Shown here piece by piece: positions 46,545 through 56,119 of a DNA stretch of 63,405 nucleotides. Under the pieces are notes generated by a model, which was given only the letters and a program-made list of their open reading frames with translations, made no database searches and had not been told where the DNA came from. This DNA is from a virus (Duplodnaviria; Caudoviricetes): positions 1-63,405 of the IMG/VR virus record IMGVR_UViG_3300032285_003896; one strand, written 5' to 3'. Every line of letters starts with the position of its first letter. Within the stretch, counting starts at the first letter, position 1. The translations under genes were made by a program, and so were the position numbers.

Positions 46545-48584
46545 TTAATGGTTTTTAAGATCCCTTATCTGATCATCTATGTCTTTTATTTTCCTAACTA
46601 TAGCTGCAGTACTTGCAGGATTTGTAGTCGTTGCTAGTGTTTCTTTTAATTTTTTCTTTTCTGCCTCAAGATCATCTATTTTTAACTGATTAATTTCACT
46701 ATCATTTTTTTTAATAACATCACTAGTATATTTACCATTAGGATCTGTCTTTTTTAAATCAGTTTTAAGCTGTTCACTGTTTTTAATCATCAATTTACGC
46801 ATTCTTCTCTTAAGCGCCTTACCTCCAGGTAAGTTATTTATAAATGCATTAAGACCACTACCTTGCTCAGGATCAGTATTATCTGGGGCGTCTAATCCGG
46901 AATCAAAATTAGTAATTTGCATATCATCAATATTAATATCTACTTCTCCTGTATAATTTAATGCCTCATTCATGATTTCTATATCTCCTATAGGAAATGC
47001 ACTGAAAGCTGAATTAACTAATCCTTTAGATACTAAAAGAACTTTTACTTCATTTATTATTATTTGATCTAATGAAGCAAATGTTGGAGTAGTTTGAACA
47101 GCTAAAACGCCATTAATATCTAAAGCAACTCCGTACCTTCTTTTTAATCCGATACCCTGATCAGTTATTTCTTCATCAACTATTTTAATTTGGTATTTTC
47201 CAAAATTAGTATTTAGTTTATTTTTATTATCTTCGTATTCGCTAATAAATTTTTGTAAGTCATTTGTTGTTCCAACTAAATTATTTATAGTGTCTTTAAT
47301 TTCTTCTGCTAAACTAGGATCTACATTATCACAATTCTCTATATTAAGTAAAATCAGTTCTAATTTTCCAATAATATTAACCATCCCAGATATTAATAAT
47401 ACTGCAAATGAAGATAGTAAACTCAAAACTGAATTGATTTGTCCTAGCCTTCTTATAAGTCTTTTATTTCCTTCTATAGTTAATTTATTTTGAACTACGT
47501 CACTTAACTTTGCAGTAGCTCCTATAGGAGGCGGTCCTAATGGTATTGCAAAAAAGTATGCTTTAATTAGATTAAATATCCAAATTAATCCCATAAGTAG
47601 TTTAATTAAAAACCTAGATGAATTTATAAACCCAACTATTTTCCTTCCAACAGAATTAATCTTATTAGCAGTTTTTAATATAGACTTTAGCGTAGGAATA
47701 AGTTTAGTTACAGGTATTTGACTACTTAATTTAGCTATTTCATCTGAAACTGCTCCATTTGTAAAAGTGTCTGCTAAACTTACTGCAGAAGCGGCTGAAT
47801 TTAATCCTTGAATAGCAATAGAAATGCCTCTTACCTTATCTACGTAACCAATTATTTTTTGTAATTCTGAATTAGGAATCTGTCTAAGATCTGTGTACTT
47901 ATTAAATATGCCTAATGAATTTTGTAAAAAATTATTAAATATAGAAAGTTGTGGAAATGCACTAGTTAAATCAGGATCATTTAAACCTGAGTTTGGATTT
48001 AATAAAGAATCAAATATATTAGATATTTCCTTTGTCAATGCATAAAGCCCTAATTTACTTTCAGGATTTTTTGCATCTCCATATTGAGTATAATAACCAT
48101 CTATAAAAGATTGAATCTGAAATGCTTTATTTTGAATATACCACTTTTTTTTACCTAATGAATCTGTTGGCGGAGTATCTTTTGGATTAAATTTTTTACC
48201 GCCTGGTACATTATTTATAGCATAATTAATCAAATTACAGAAGTCAACACCGGCAACTACTTCAAGAAGTTTAATTATACCTTTATCAAGTGCTTTTTTA
48301 ATTGGATTTATTTCGTCTTCACTAACACTATACTTTCCGTATAATAATTCGCTAGTTTTTGTTTGGGCATCAATAATAAAATGTGCAGTAACTCCAATAG
48401 CTCTTTCTAATCCTTTTGAATTTCCTTTACTAATATCTATATCTTTAGCATTACGACTAAGTACTTTTACAGCTGGTAATCCAGGCGGTGTTTTATTTGC
48501 TGTAGCTAAGGCAGCAGGATTTAGTTTAGTACTTACATTTGTAGGTGCACTAATTTTAGTATTTATAGTTACTGGATCTGACAT
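46545..48584 (-). CDS. helical structural protein of unknown function
   Basis: 679-aa ORF in the tail operon with hydrophobic segments. Confidence 0.55.
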   Translation of the reverse strand: MSDPVTINTKISAPTNVSTKLNPAALATANKTPPGLPAVKVLSRNAKDIDISKGNSKGLERAIGVTAHFIIDAQTKTSELLYGKYSVSEDEINPIKKALDKGIIKLLEVVAGVDFCNLINYAINNVPGGKKFNPKDTPPTDSLGKKKWYIQNKAFQIQSFIDGYYTQYGDAKNPESKLGLYALTKEISNIFDSLLNPNSGLNDPDLTSAFPQLSIFNNFLQNSLGIFNKYTDLRQIPNSELQKIIGYVDKVRGISIAIQGLNSAASAVSLADTFTNGAVSDEIAKLSSQIPVTKLIPTLKSILKTANKINSVGRKIVGFINSSRFLIKLLMGLIWIFNLIKAYFFAIPLGPPPIGATAKLSDVVQNKLTIEGNKRLIRRLGQINSVLSLLSSFAVLLISGMVNIIGKLELILLNIENCDNVDPSLAEEIKDTINNLVGTTNDLQKFISEYEDNKNKLNTNFGKYQIKIVDEEITDQGIGLKRRYGVALDINGVLAVQTTPTFASLDQIIINEVKVLLVSKGLVNSAFSAFPIGDIEIMNEALNYTGEVDINIDDMQITNFDSGLDAPDNTDPEQGSGLNAFINNLPGGKALKRRMRKLMIKNSEQLKTDLKKTDPNGKYTSDVIKKNDSEINQLKIDDLEAEKKKLKETLATTTNPASTAAIVRKIKDIDDQIRDLKNH

Positions 48585-48585
48585 T

Positions 48586-49023
48586 TTATCTTGTATAAGT
48601 ATTTTTAGACAAAATAGAGTCTGCTATTAATGAAGTACGTAAACTCTCAGCAGAATTAAATAATAATTGACCGGCATCTCTTATACTTTGCATAGTAGCT
48701 CCCATTGTATCAGGTTCAGAAGACGCTAGTTGCATGTATCTGCCTGCTTGCATAATATTAGATAATAATACCTGTAATTGTGTATTTAGCGTTCTTCCTA
48801 ATACTACAGGTTCACCTAGTTTTTTTGCTTCATGACCTAATTCTATATTAGGAGAATCTATTTTTACTCCCTCTACTGCATCAAGATTTATAGTTTTTGT
48901 AGATGATAGTGAAACAGCTTGTTTTCCAAATAGAAATATAGCATCAGTTTTAGAATGCAGTGTTACTCTATCTGATGATATTATAATTTGATTACCTTTA
49001 TATGGAAATTCTGGTTTAAACAT
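48586..49023 (-). CDS. baseplate spike-like protein (gp5 C-terminal-like)
   Basis: IIISSDRVTLHSK beta repeats...EPVVLG; coupled to the upstream ORF. Confidence 0.5.
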   Translation of the reverse strand: MFKPEFPYKGNQIIISSDRVTLHSKTDAIFLFGKQAVSLSSTKTINLDAVEGVKIDSPNIELGHEAKKLGEPVVLGRTLNTQLQVLLSNIMQAGRYMQLASSEPDTMGATMQSIRDAGQLLFNSAESLRTSLIADSILSKNTYTR

Positions 49024-49925
49024 TACTTATTACTATTTTTATCTTGAAATTGAGCAGAAGTTACTTCATCAGATATAAAAGGTTTAACTAATTGTACAGG
49101 AGGTTGAATTATAGCACCTGTACTTGTTCTAAAAGATGCAAGAGGAAATAAAGTTAAGTCTTCTATGTTTATTTCTTGCCCTGCGGTTAAATATATAGAC
49201 GATTTATCTTTATTTATATCTTCTACTATAGGATCAAATTTACTTAGCGTAGAAGATCTACCCTGTCCATTAACTATAATAGTTATAGGATCTCCATTAT
49301 TTCCAGAATTAGACCAGTTATTACTTTTTTTCATTACTGGAACTGTGCTACCAAATCTTATTGATTGACCGAATCTAGATTCTAATATTGTATCTCCTTC
49401 AAATGGCTGCAAATTTCTTACAGTTTCTTTTTCTTGAAAAGTATATCCTAAAGGAAGTTTTGTTCCTTGAACAGCAGATCCTTGATATCCTGGTTGATTT
49501 GCATATTGATTTAGGAATTTTGAATATTCTGACATATTTGGAAATGCAGCATGATTAACATGATTCCATAAATCATAAGGAGGGAAATAAAAAAATTTTT
49601 GATTAGAAAAATTATCATTTAATCCATCGGTAGGTCCGGCTATAATTAGTACTATTTCATTTATAGTAGGATATTGTTTTATAAAACTAAATATAGGCCA
49701 TGCTGGAGGAGATATTCCTTTTGATTTTGACGTAGCAAGACTTGAATATAATAATTCATAGCTTATCTTTCCTATATCACTAGGACTTCCATAATCAGGA
49801 TTAGGTAATTTGCTATTTCCTGAATAAGGTCCCATTACAATAGACTTAACCCTTCCTATTTGAAAGTAATGACCACCTACTTTGGCTAAATCAGAATCAA
49901 TTTTATTTCCAAATACATATCCCAT
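49023..49925 (-). CDS. baseplate hub/spike N-terminal protein (gp5 OB-fold-like)
   Basis: YPTINEIVLI...EGDTILESRFGQSIRF. Confidence 0.55.
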   Translation of the reverse strand: MGYVFGNKIDSDLAKVGGHYFQIGRVKSIVMGPYSGNSKLPNPDYGSPSDIGKISYELLYSSLATSKSKGISPPAWPIFSFIKQYPTINEIVLIIAGPTDGLNDNFSNQKFFYFPPYDLWNHVNHAAFPNMSEYSKFLNQYANQPGYQGSAVQGTKLPLGYTFQEKETVRNLQPFEGDTILESRFGQSIRFGSTVPVMKKSNNWSNSGNNGDPITIIVNGQGRSSTLSKFDPIVEDINKDKSSIYLTAGQEINIEDLTLFPLASFRTSTGAIIQPPVQLVKPFISDEVTSAQFQDKNSNK

Positions 49926-50287
49926 TATGCTTGAGGTAGTTGTTTAGGATCTTTAACTTTTAAACTAGTAACTTCACTAAATAGCTGTTCTATATCCTTT
50001 TCAGTAAGAATACCATTATCTTCAGCTCCATCTTTTTTAGAGTCAGTGGAGTCTTTTTGGAATATAGTAAGTAGCTTCATTAAGACTTCATCATTCTTTA
50101 AGCTAGAATCAAAGAAGCCTTTTAATAGAGGGACAATCACAATAGCGTCTCCGGCTGTTTCAATCATATCTGTCAGCCTCAAGATCTCATCTCGTAGTGT
50201 TTTATCTTGATTTTTATGCTTGTTATAAACTTCTTCTACGAGGTCTGCAATGGTTTTATCCTTGAATATGACTTTATCTAACTCCAT
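49925..50287 (-). CDS. helical late protein (possibly small-terminase-like)
   Basis: First gene after the late motif at 50299; function inferred only. Confidence 0.35.
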   Translation of the reverse strand: MELDKVIFKDKTIADLVEEVYNKHKNQDKTLRDEILRLTDMIETAGDAIVIVPLLKGFFDSSLKNDEVLMKLLTIFQKDSTDSKKDGAEDNGILTEKDIEQLFSEVTSLKVKDPKQLPQA

Positions 50288-50306
50288 AAAGGTTTAGAAT
50301 AAATAT

Positions 50307-51059
50307 TTAGTAATCATTATTTTCTAAATAGTTGTCTAATATCTGCTTATAGATGGTTTTTAACTTCTTGATCACTTTAGTTATAGTGTTAGATTGAGCA
50401 TCTGCCATCTCTTTTACGTAAATAAACACTGCTTTTTTATTAAAAATGTCTATATTTTCCCTTTTTTTAAATATTTCTAGTATTGCGTCAGCTATTTTAA
50501 GCTCATCATTCTTATCAAAAAGTTCTAGTAGATTATCGTCAACGTATTTAATAAATAACTCAACAACCTCTAATTTGTCTAATTCTGGTTCTGGTTCTTT
50601 AACAATTATACTGTTCAAGAGAGCATTATCATCGTTCTGTTCCCCTATCTCAGCCTTAGAAACTAATTTTTTATAGTTTTTCTGGTTGTAAATAATCAGA
50701 TATCTCTTAGCAATCGTTCCAAAATAGGAGTATGCCTTACCTTTTGATTGATCATAAAGGTCTAATTTTTGCAAAAGAAAAGAAATAACTTCATATTTTA
50801 AATCCTCTATATTATCAACCTCAGTATAATAAAATTTAAAAGTATGGATAATGTTTTCTACTAATTTATAAAATCCGTAATGGATATCTTGGTTATAAAT
50901 CCTATTCCTTTCAGCTAAAGATGTACTCATTCTATATCTAAGAATGGCCTCCTCAGTCTCAGAAGTAAAGTAGTTATTTTTTACCTTTGGTTTTCTTTTT
51001 CTAGGCTCTCCTTTCTTAGTTAAAAGAACAGCTTCCTCAAGTCCTGTTTTCACATCCAT
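50307..51059 (-). CDS. phage sigma factor (T4 gp55-like, sigma-70 region 2)
   Basis: EDLKYEVISFLLQKLDLYDQSKGKAYSYFGTIAKR resembles sigma region 2 (D.S KG..F..Y). Confidence 0.75.
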   Translation of the reverse strand: MDVKTGLEEAVLLTKKGEPRKRKPKVKNNYFTSETEEAILRYRMSTSLAERNRIYNQDIHYGFYKLVENIIHTFKFYYTEVDNIEDLKYEVISFLLQKLDLYDQSKGKAYSYFGTIAKRYLIIYNQKNYKKLVSKAEIGEQNDDNALLNSIIVKEPEPELDKLEVVELFIKYVDDNLLELFDKNDELKIADAILEIFKKRENIDIFNKKAVFIYVKEMADAQSNTITKVIKKLKTIYKQILDNYLENNDY

Positions 51060-51060
51060 A

Positions 51061-51333
51061 TTAAGCTTCTATATATTGATTAATTGAGTTTTGCATTGTC
51101 TTAACGTTCTCCATAAGACTTAAAAATTCAGGATCAGATTGAACCCACAATGTAGCATCTATCTGATCTGCAGCCTTATTGATATCTTTCATAGATTCTT
51201 TTATGCCATTAATAAAAGTTTGTTGTCCTAATACTAATGCTTCTAATTTTTTATTTTTTTGGAATAGATTCCATATCACGTATCCCACTACAGATACTAC
51301 CCATATTGATATAGAAATAATAATTGTTATCAT
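51061..51333 (-). CDS. single-TM coiled-coil protein
   Basis: N-terminal TM segment. Confidence 0.6.
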   Translation of the reverse strand: MITIIISISIWVVSVVGYVIWNLFQKNKKLEALVLGQQTFINGIKESMKDINKAADQIDATLWVQSDPEFLSLMENVKTMQNSINQYIEA

Positions 51334-51971
51334 AGTTTATTTATTTGAAGTTCTACTTTACTTGCCATCATATCCGCTTGATGTAAAATATAGGCAATGT
51401 TTGATCTTAATTCATTATCTTTATTATAAGTAATATAATAAGCCTTATTTGATTCTTCATATAACCCATCATGAAGTTTAATAGCTAGATATTCATTTTG
51501 AGTCACTGGAATACCAGCTTGCTGAAGATAAAATAAACTTCTATCTGCAACTCTCATGTATGTTATATTAGGATTGTATTTATATACGGCTCCTTGTTTT
51601 TCTACATGCCACTGAGAATCATTAGGAAGATACATAGGTTCATCATTAGTACCTAATTTTCCTAAATCATGATTGATTGCTGAGAATACTAATTCTTCTG
51701 TTGTATAATCTTTTCTCTGGCCAAATTTATCCCAAACCTTTTCAAATACCAACGATCCCTCAACTACTCTGATAACGTGATCTATATATCCACCAGCAAA
51801 GGCATTATGATGATCTAATTTTGTAGAAGCCGGTGAAGTAGCTAAAGTTTCTTCAATAGATTTATAAAATTCAATAAGTTTATCTCCTCTATCTTGACTT
51901 ATATACTTTTTTATTATCCCATAAAACTTATCCAGATTCTCTAACATCTGTTCAGGTTGTAATTGTTTCAT
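51330..51971 (-). CDS. HD-domain phosphohydrolase
   Basis: HHNAFAGGYIDHV...NHDLGK...LHDG...LHQAD. Confidence 0.85.
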   Translation of the reverse strand: MKQLQPEQMLENLDKFYGIIKKYISQDRGDKLIEFYKSIEETLATSPASTKLDHHNAFAGGYIDHVIRVVEGSLVFEKVWDKFGQRKDYTTEELVFSAINHDLGKLGTNDEPMYLPNDSQWHVEKQGAVYKYNPNITYMRVADRSLFYLQQAGIPVTQNEYLAIKLHDGLYEESNKAYYITYNKDNELRSNIAYILHQADMMASKVELQINKL

Positions 51972-51988
51972 AACTATTTAGTTTTAAA

Positions 51989-52159
51989 TTAATCTTCAGT
52001 ATTAATTAGTACTTCAATTTCTTTCATTTTATTTTCAATTTTTGCTATTTGATTAGCAAATTCTTCTCTAGGTCTATTATCAGACAGCATAGCTTTTTGA
52101 ACATTTATAAAATTTGTTATCTCAAAAAACTTTTTTAAAATCAATTGTTTATTTCTCAT
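51989..52159 (-). CDS. 56-aa hypothetical protein (not in ORF track)
   Basis: MRNKQLILKKFFE...LINTED. Confidence 0.55.
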   Translation of the reverse strand: MRNKQLILKKFFEITNFINVQKAMLSDNRPREEFANQIAKIENKMKEIEVLINTED

Positions 52160-52163
52160 ATTG

Positions 52164-52487
52164 CTAATTTAATTTATTTTTTAGATAATATAGCATACTA
52201 TCTATTGAGTGCATAGGTATTCCTGTTACTCCACCATCAAAATCTTTATTTTTTCCAATCATATCATAAGATTTTGCGATATATAAGATCTCTAAAATCC
52301 TATCTTCTTTATCTGTTATTAATACCATAGGATATTCTTCAATACCAAGTAAAGATTCTAGTGAATCACATTGGTTTGGATTATCTTCACAATTAGTATG
52401 TGTATAAAATATACTATTATCGGACAATTCTTTTTTTAATTTATTGCATCTATTGCAATTTTCTAATGTTATCAATTGTATTTTCAT
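52164..52487 (-). CDS. glutaredoxin/thioredoxin-fold protein
   Basis: N-terminal CNRC followed by the YP cis-Pro motif. Confidence 0.75.
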   Translation of the reverse strand: MKIQLITLENCNRCNKLKKELSDNSIFYTHTNCEDNPNQCDSLESLLGIEEYPMVLITDKEDRILEILYIAKSYDMIGKNKDFDGGVTGIPMHSIDSMLYYLKNKLN

Positions 52488-52654
52488 AATTGATCTTCTT
52501 TAAATTCAATATCTATTTTTTGCATTATGTAATACCAAGCTTTTTTCTCTTCATTATCCATGCTTTCATAATTCATAGATAGATATATATATAAAGCTTG
52601 TATTTGATCATCTGTTAATTTACCATCATCTATTTGTAAATCTTCTAGTTTCAT
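52484..52654 (-). CDS. 56-aa hypothetical protein (not in ORF track)
   Basis: MKLEDLQIDDG...; ATGA-coupled to the glutaredoxin gene. Confidence 0.55.
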   Translation of the reverse strand: MKLEDLQIDDGKLTDDQIQALYIYLSMNYESMDNEEKKAWYYIMQKIDIEFKEDQL

Positions 52655-52740
52655 AATAGGCTAGTTTAAAGGTATTTTACCTTTATTTAGAGTGTAAGTG
52701 ACTTTGTTTTTTATCGATAACTTATATTTAGAATCCTTTA

Positions 52741-52915
52741 GCGGACTAAACCGTCGGATATGGCCGATATTATTCTAAAATTTCTTTATCAACTATTTTT
52801 ATATACCTGAAGCATTATGCTTAGTCTTAGCTCCTGGTAGCCGTGTTGTTTACTTAGTCTAAAATCTCACTCATGGAATTTAACCAAGCTATGGTATAGA
52901 TCCTAAGTACACGGC
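52741..52915. ncRNA. candidate structured leader or ncRNA
   Basis: Long interrupted stem GCCGTG..TACTTAG..TCTA / TAGA..CTAAGTA.CACGGC (52840-52915) plus small hairpins; no ORF. Confidence 0.4.
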
Positions 52916-52924
52916 ATTAGTATA

Positions 52925-53010
52925 AATTAAATATACAACAAATAATTGAAACAAAAAAATTTATTTTAATAAATATTTTTTTATGTCAAATTAATGTCTT
53001 ATATTAGTAT
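52925..53010. promoter_or_regulatory. back-to-back divergent promoters
   Basis: Minus strand AAAATAAATTTTTTTG...TATATTTA; plus strand AAATATTTTTTTAT...GTCTTATATTAG. Confidence 0.65.
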
Positions 53011-53941
53011 AATGGATAATGAACTTTTAGTTTTAGGCTTATTAGAATCTGTTCTTGGTAAAGGAAAAGGATCAAAGACCACTATGGACTATGCTTTTTA
53101 TTGCCCTGTATGTAAGCATAAAAATCCTAAACTTATTGTTAATATTAAATCTGGACAATATAATTGTTGGACATGCCACCCAGCCACTAAAGGTAAAACT
53201 CCTGTATCATTATTGAAAAAAATAGATGCTCCAAATGATAGGATAATAGAAATGAAGAGTTATTTTAAAGGAGATAATACTAGAATTGATACAGTAAAGC
53301 CTGATAAAGTAACCCTACCAGAAGAATTTATTTCGCTAACCACTTCAGATAAATCACTAGAAACTAGACATGCTATAGCTTATTTACATAAGAGAGGAAT
53401 AACAGATAGCGATATTAAAAAGTATGGAATAGGATATTGTAAAACAGGAAGATATAGAAATAGGATCATAGTACCATCATACGACAAATCAGGAATTCTA
53501 AATTATTTTATTGCTAGATCATTTGAGAAAGATCCAGGACGTAAATATGATGCTCCTACTTGTAATAAGACTGAAATTATTGGTTTTGAGTATTTTATTA
53601 ATTGGTCTATTCCTATTATACTTTGCGAAGGCATATTTGATGCCATTTCAATTAAAAGAAATGCTATTCCTCTATTTGGAAAGACTATTCCAAAATCACT
53701 AATGATGAAATTAGTAGAATCTGAAGTAAAAACTATATATTTAGCATTAGATAAAGATGCTTTAAAAGAAGCTCTTGAATATTCACAAAATCTTTTGAAC
53801 CTCGGTAAAGAAGTTTACCTAATTGAACTAGAAGGGAAAGATCCTTCTGATCTTGGTTTTAGTAATATGACTAAGTTACTACACAAAGCAAAGCCACTAT
53901 CTTTTGGTGATCTACTTCTTAAAAAAATCCAACTACTATGA
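52994..53941 (+). CDS. DNA primase (Zn finger + TOPRIM; likely start 53012)
   Basis: CPVC...NCWTC; YL.KRGI; RIIVP; LCEGIFDA; LALDKD; KDPSD. Confidence 0.9.
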   Translation: MSYISIMDNELLVLGLLESVLGKGKGSKTTMDYAFYCPVCKHKNPKLIVNIKSGQYNCWTCHPATKGKTPVSLLKKIDAPNDRIIEMKSYFKGDNTRIDTVKPDKVTLPEEFISLTTSDKSLETRHAIAYLHKRGITDSDIKKYGIGYCKTGRYRNRIIVPSYDKSGILNYFIARSFEKDPGRKYDAPTCNKTEIIGFEYFINWSIPIILCEGIFDAISIKRNAIPLFGKTIPKSLMMKLVESEVKTIYLALDKDALKEALEYSQNLLNLGKEVYLIELEGKDPSDLGFSNMTKLLHKAKPLSFGDLLLKKIQLL

Positions 53942-54732
53942 TTGAACAATCAAAAAATATCTACAAAGATAACTTCTTAAGAAGAATTGTAGAGACAGAT
54001 CCTGAACTAAGACAGATAACTTTACACGATTCTAGATATTATCAAAGATCACCTGGGGTATTTTATCCTTCTGTTACTACAATATTAGGTTACTTTCCTA
54101 AAGGGCATTTTTTTGAGACGTGGATTAAGGATGTTGGGCATAATTCCGATATCATTATGCGTCGTGCAGGTGATGAAGGAACTCAAGTTCATACCGCCAT
54201 TGAGAAATATCTTAGCGGTGAAAGTATTAGGTGGATTGAATCTGATGGACGTGTTAATTATAGCACTCATGTATGGAAAATGATCCTTGGATTTACAGAT
54301 TTTTGGACTACTTATAAACCGACGCTGCTACTATCAGAAGAATTTATGTACTCAGATACACATAAATACTCTGGAACACTAGATTTATTAGTTGAAATAA
54401 ATGGAAAGAAGTGGTTACTTGATATAAAGACATCTAATAATATACATGAAAGCTATTATTTACAAATGTCAGCATATACAAAGGCATATGAGGAACGATA
54501 TCTTCAGAATGTAGATCACAATGGAATTATCTGGCTTAAGTCAACCAAGCGTGGCCCAGACAAGTATGGTAAGAAAATGCAAGGAGCTGGTTGGGAAATT
54601 ATTGAAGGTAAAAAAACAGTTGATGAATACTTCCAAATGTTCTTGCACACTTATGAAACATACAAAATAATGCATCCAGAGCAAGATATTGAGCTACTTA
54701 CGCTTCCAAACACTGTTAAACTTTCTGATTAA
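53938..54732 (+). CDS. PD-(D/E)XK exonuclease
   Basis: YPSVTTIL...GTQVH...YSGTLDL...LLDIKTS...QMSAY. Confidence 0.85.
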   Translation: MIEQSKNIYKDNFLRRIVETDPELRQITLHDSRYYQRSPGVFYPSVTTILGYFPKGHFFETWIKDVGHNSDIIMRRAGDEGTQVHTAIEKYLSGESIRWIESDGRVNYSTHVWKMILGFTDFWTTYKPTLLLSEEFMYSDTHKYSGTLDLLVEINGKKWLLDIKTSNNIHESYYLQMSAYTKAYEERYLQNVDHNGIIWLKSTKRGPDKYGKKMQGAGWEIIEGKKTVDEYFQMFLHTYETYKIMHPEQDIELLTLPNTVKLSD

Positions 54733-54746
54733 TATTTATAGGTAGT

Positions 54747-55532
54747 ATGATTAAGCTACTAGATATATTAAAAGAGGTTAAATCTCGAAAAAAAGCCATT
54801 ATTATGGCTGGAAGTGCCGGAGCTGGTAAATCGACATTTGTTAAACAAATTGAACCAGACCTAAAAAGTGCGCACTGGAATGAATTAAATGCAGATAAAT
54901 ACATTGAAGACAAAGATAGTCCAATGTATAATAATTTAGGTAAAGCTTCTGCATATATAGAGAAACAAGAACTACCCCAAACTATAAATAAAGGTCAAAA
55001 TTTCCTTTATGATACTACTGCTACCAATGTATCTAAGATACAAAATATAGCAGACTCAGGTTATGATACCAAGATGGTTATGGTATATACAAGTCCGATC
55101 GTTAGTTTCCTTCGTAACTTTAAAAGAGAAAGAAAAGTACCTACTGTAGGAGTTCTTTCTAGTTGGAATAATGTATATAAGAATTTATCTACTTATAAAG
55201 ATATGTTTGGAGATAATTTTTACTTAGTTGAAACAGGATTAACACCTGAAGAAGCAAAAATGGTAGAAAAATTTAATCAAGCTTATAATTCAGGAAAATT
55301 AAAAGAATTTTTTGAATCTTTATTAAACTCAGGAGAATTTAAATCAACATTTAGAAAAGATCCAACTAAACAAAAAACTCCTGAAGAAATAGCACAATCA
55401 AAAGCACTAGTAAATAAACAAATAGATATTCTAGCTAATCAATTTGATGATATAGAATCTCAAGTAAAGTCTTTAGGTAGTTATGATATGTCAAATGTTG
55501 TGAGTAAAGTAAAATCATTTATAAAATCATGA
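54747..55532 (+). CDS. zeta-toxin/AAA_33-like P-loop kinase
   Basis: MAGSAGAGKST Walker A, LNAD, YDTT, RN..RERKVP. Confidence 0.8.
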   Translation: MIKLLDILKEVKSRKKAIIMAGSAGAGKSTFVKQIEPDLKSAHWNELNADKYIEDKDSPMYNNLGKASAYIEKQELPQTINKGQNFLYDTTATNVSKIQNIADSGYDTKMVMVYTSPIVSFLRNFKRERKVPTVGVLSSWNNVYKNLSTYKDMFGDNFYLVETGLTPEEAKMVEKFNQAYNSGKLKEFFESLLNSGEFKSTFRKDPTKQKTPEEIAQSKALVNKQIDILANQFDDIESQVKSLGSYDMSNVVSKVKSFIKS

Positions 55533-56119
55533 TGAATTTTGATCATATAGGAAGACAAATTGTCGAAGATCTATTAAAAGAAGGAAGTCCTGATGTAGGA
55601 CCTTGCTTTTTTCCTGGTAAATTTAAACCTCCACATAAAGGACACTTTGAAGCTGCTAAATACCTAGCATCACTAAATTACATTAATAAGGTATATGTAA
55701 TTATATCGAATGTAACTAAATTCGGAATAACACCAGAAGATTCACTATATATTTGGCAAGAATATCTTAAAGCAGAACCTAATCCAAAAATAAGTGTATC
55801 AATATCTAAAGAATCTACTCCTATAAAAGATATATTTGCTTTTATGGTAGAAAATCCAGATGTTGATCCAATATACGTTGCAGGCGGTGCAGAAGAGGTA
55901 GAAGGTATAGGATATTTTAATAGTATTCAAAAAAGATATCCTAATAGAGTAAGAAAAGAAGTTATACCTGCTCAATTTGGAAGAATAACTGCAACAAATA
56001 TGAGAGGTGCAATTAAAAATGGTAACTTTGAAGAGTTTGCTAAATTTATTCCTGACGCTGCATATAATAAAGGAGTTGCAAAAGATGTATTTGGGCGTCT
56101 TATTAAAATAATAAAATGA
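55529..56119 (+). CDS. HxGH nucleotidyltransferase (cytidylyltransferase-like)
   Basis: FPGKFKPPHKGH and ITATNMR (SxT..R) motifs. Confidence 0.8.
   Translation: MMNFDHIGRQIVEDLLKEGSPDVGPCFFPGKFKPPHKGHFEAAKYLASLNYINKVYVIISNVTKFGITPEDSLYIWQEYLKAEPNPKISVSISKESTPIKDIFAFMVENPDVDPIYVAGGAEEVEGIGYFNSIQKRYPNRVRKEVIPAQFGRITATNMRGAIKNGNFEEFAKFIPDAAYNKGVAKDVFGRLIKIIK

Noticed and set aside
53938-54732. Nuclease as Cas4
   Set aside because: No Fe-S cysteine cluster, and it is coupled to primase; ordinary phage exonuclease
54747-55532. Zeta kinase as part of an epsilon-zeta toxin-antitoxin pair
   Set aside because: No small upstream antitoxin; the gene heads a late operon of enzymes
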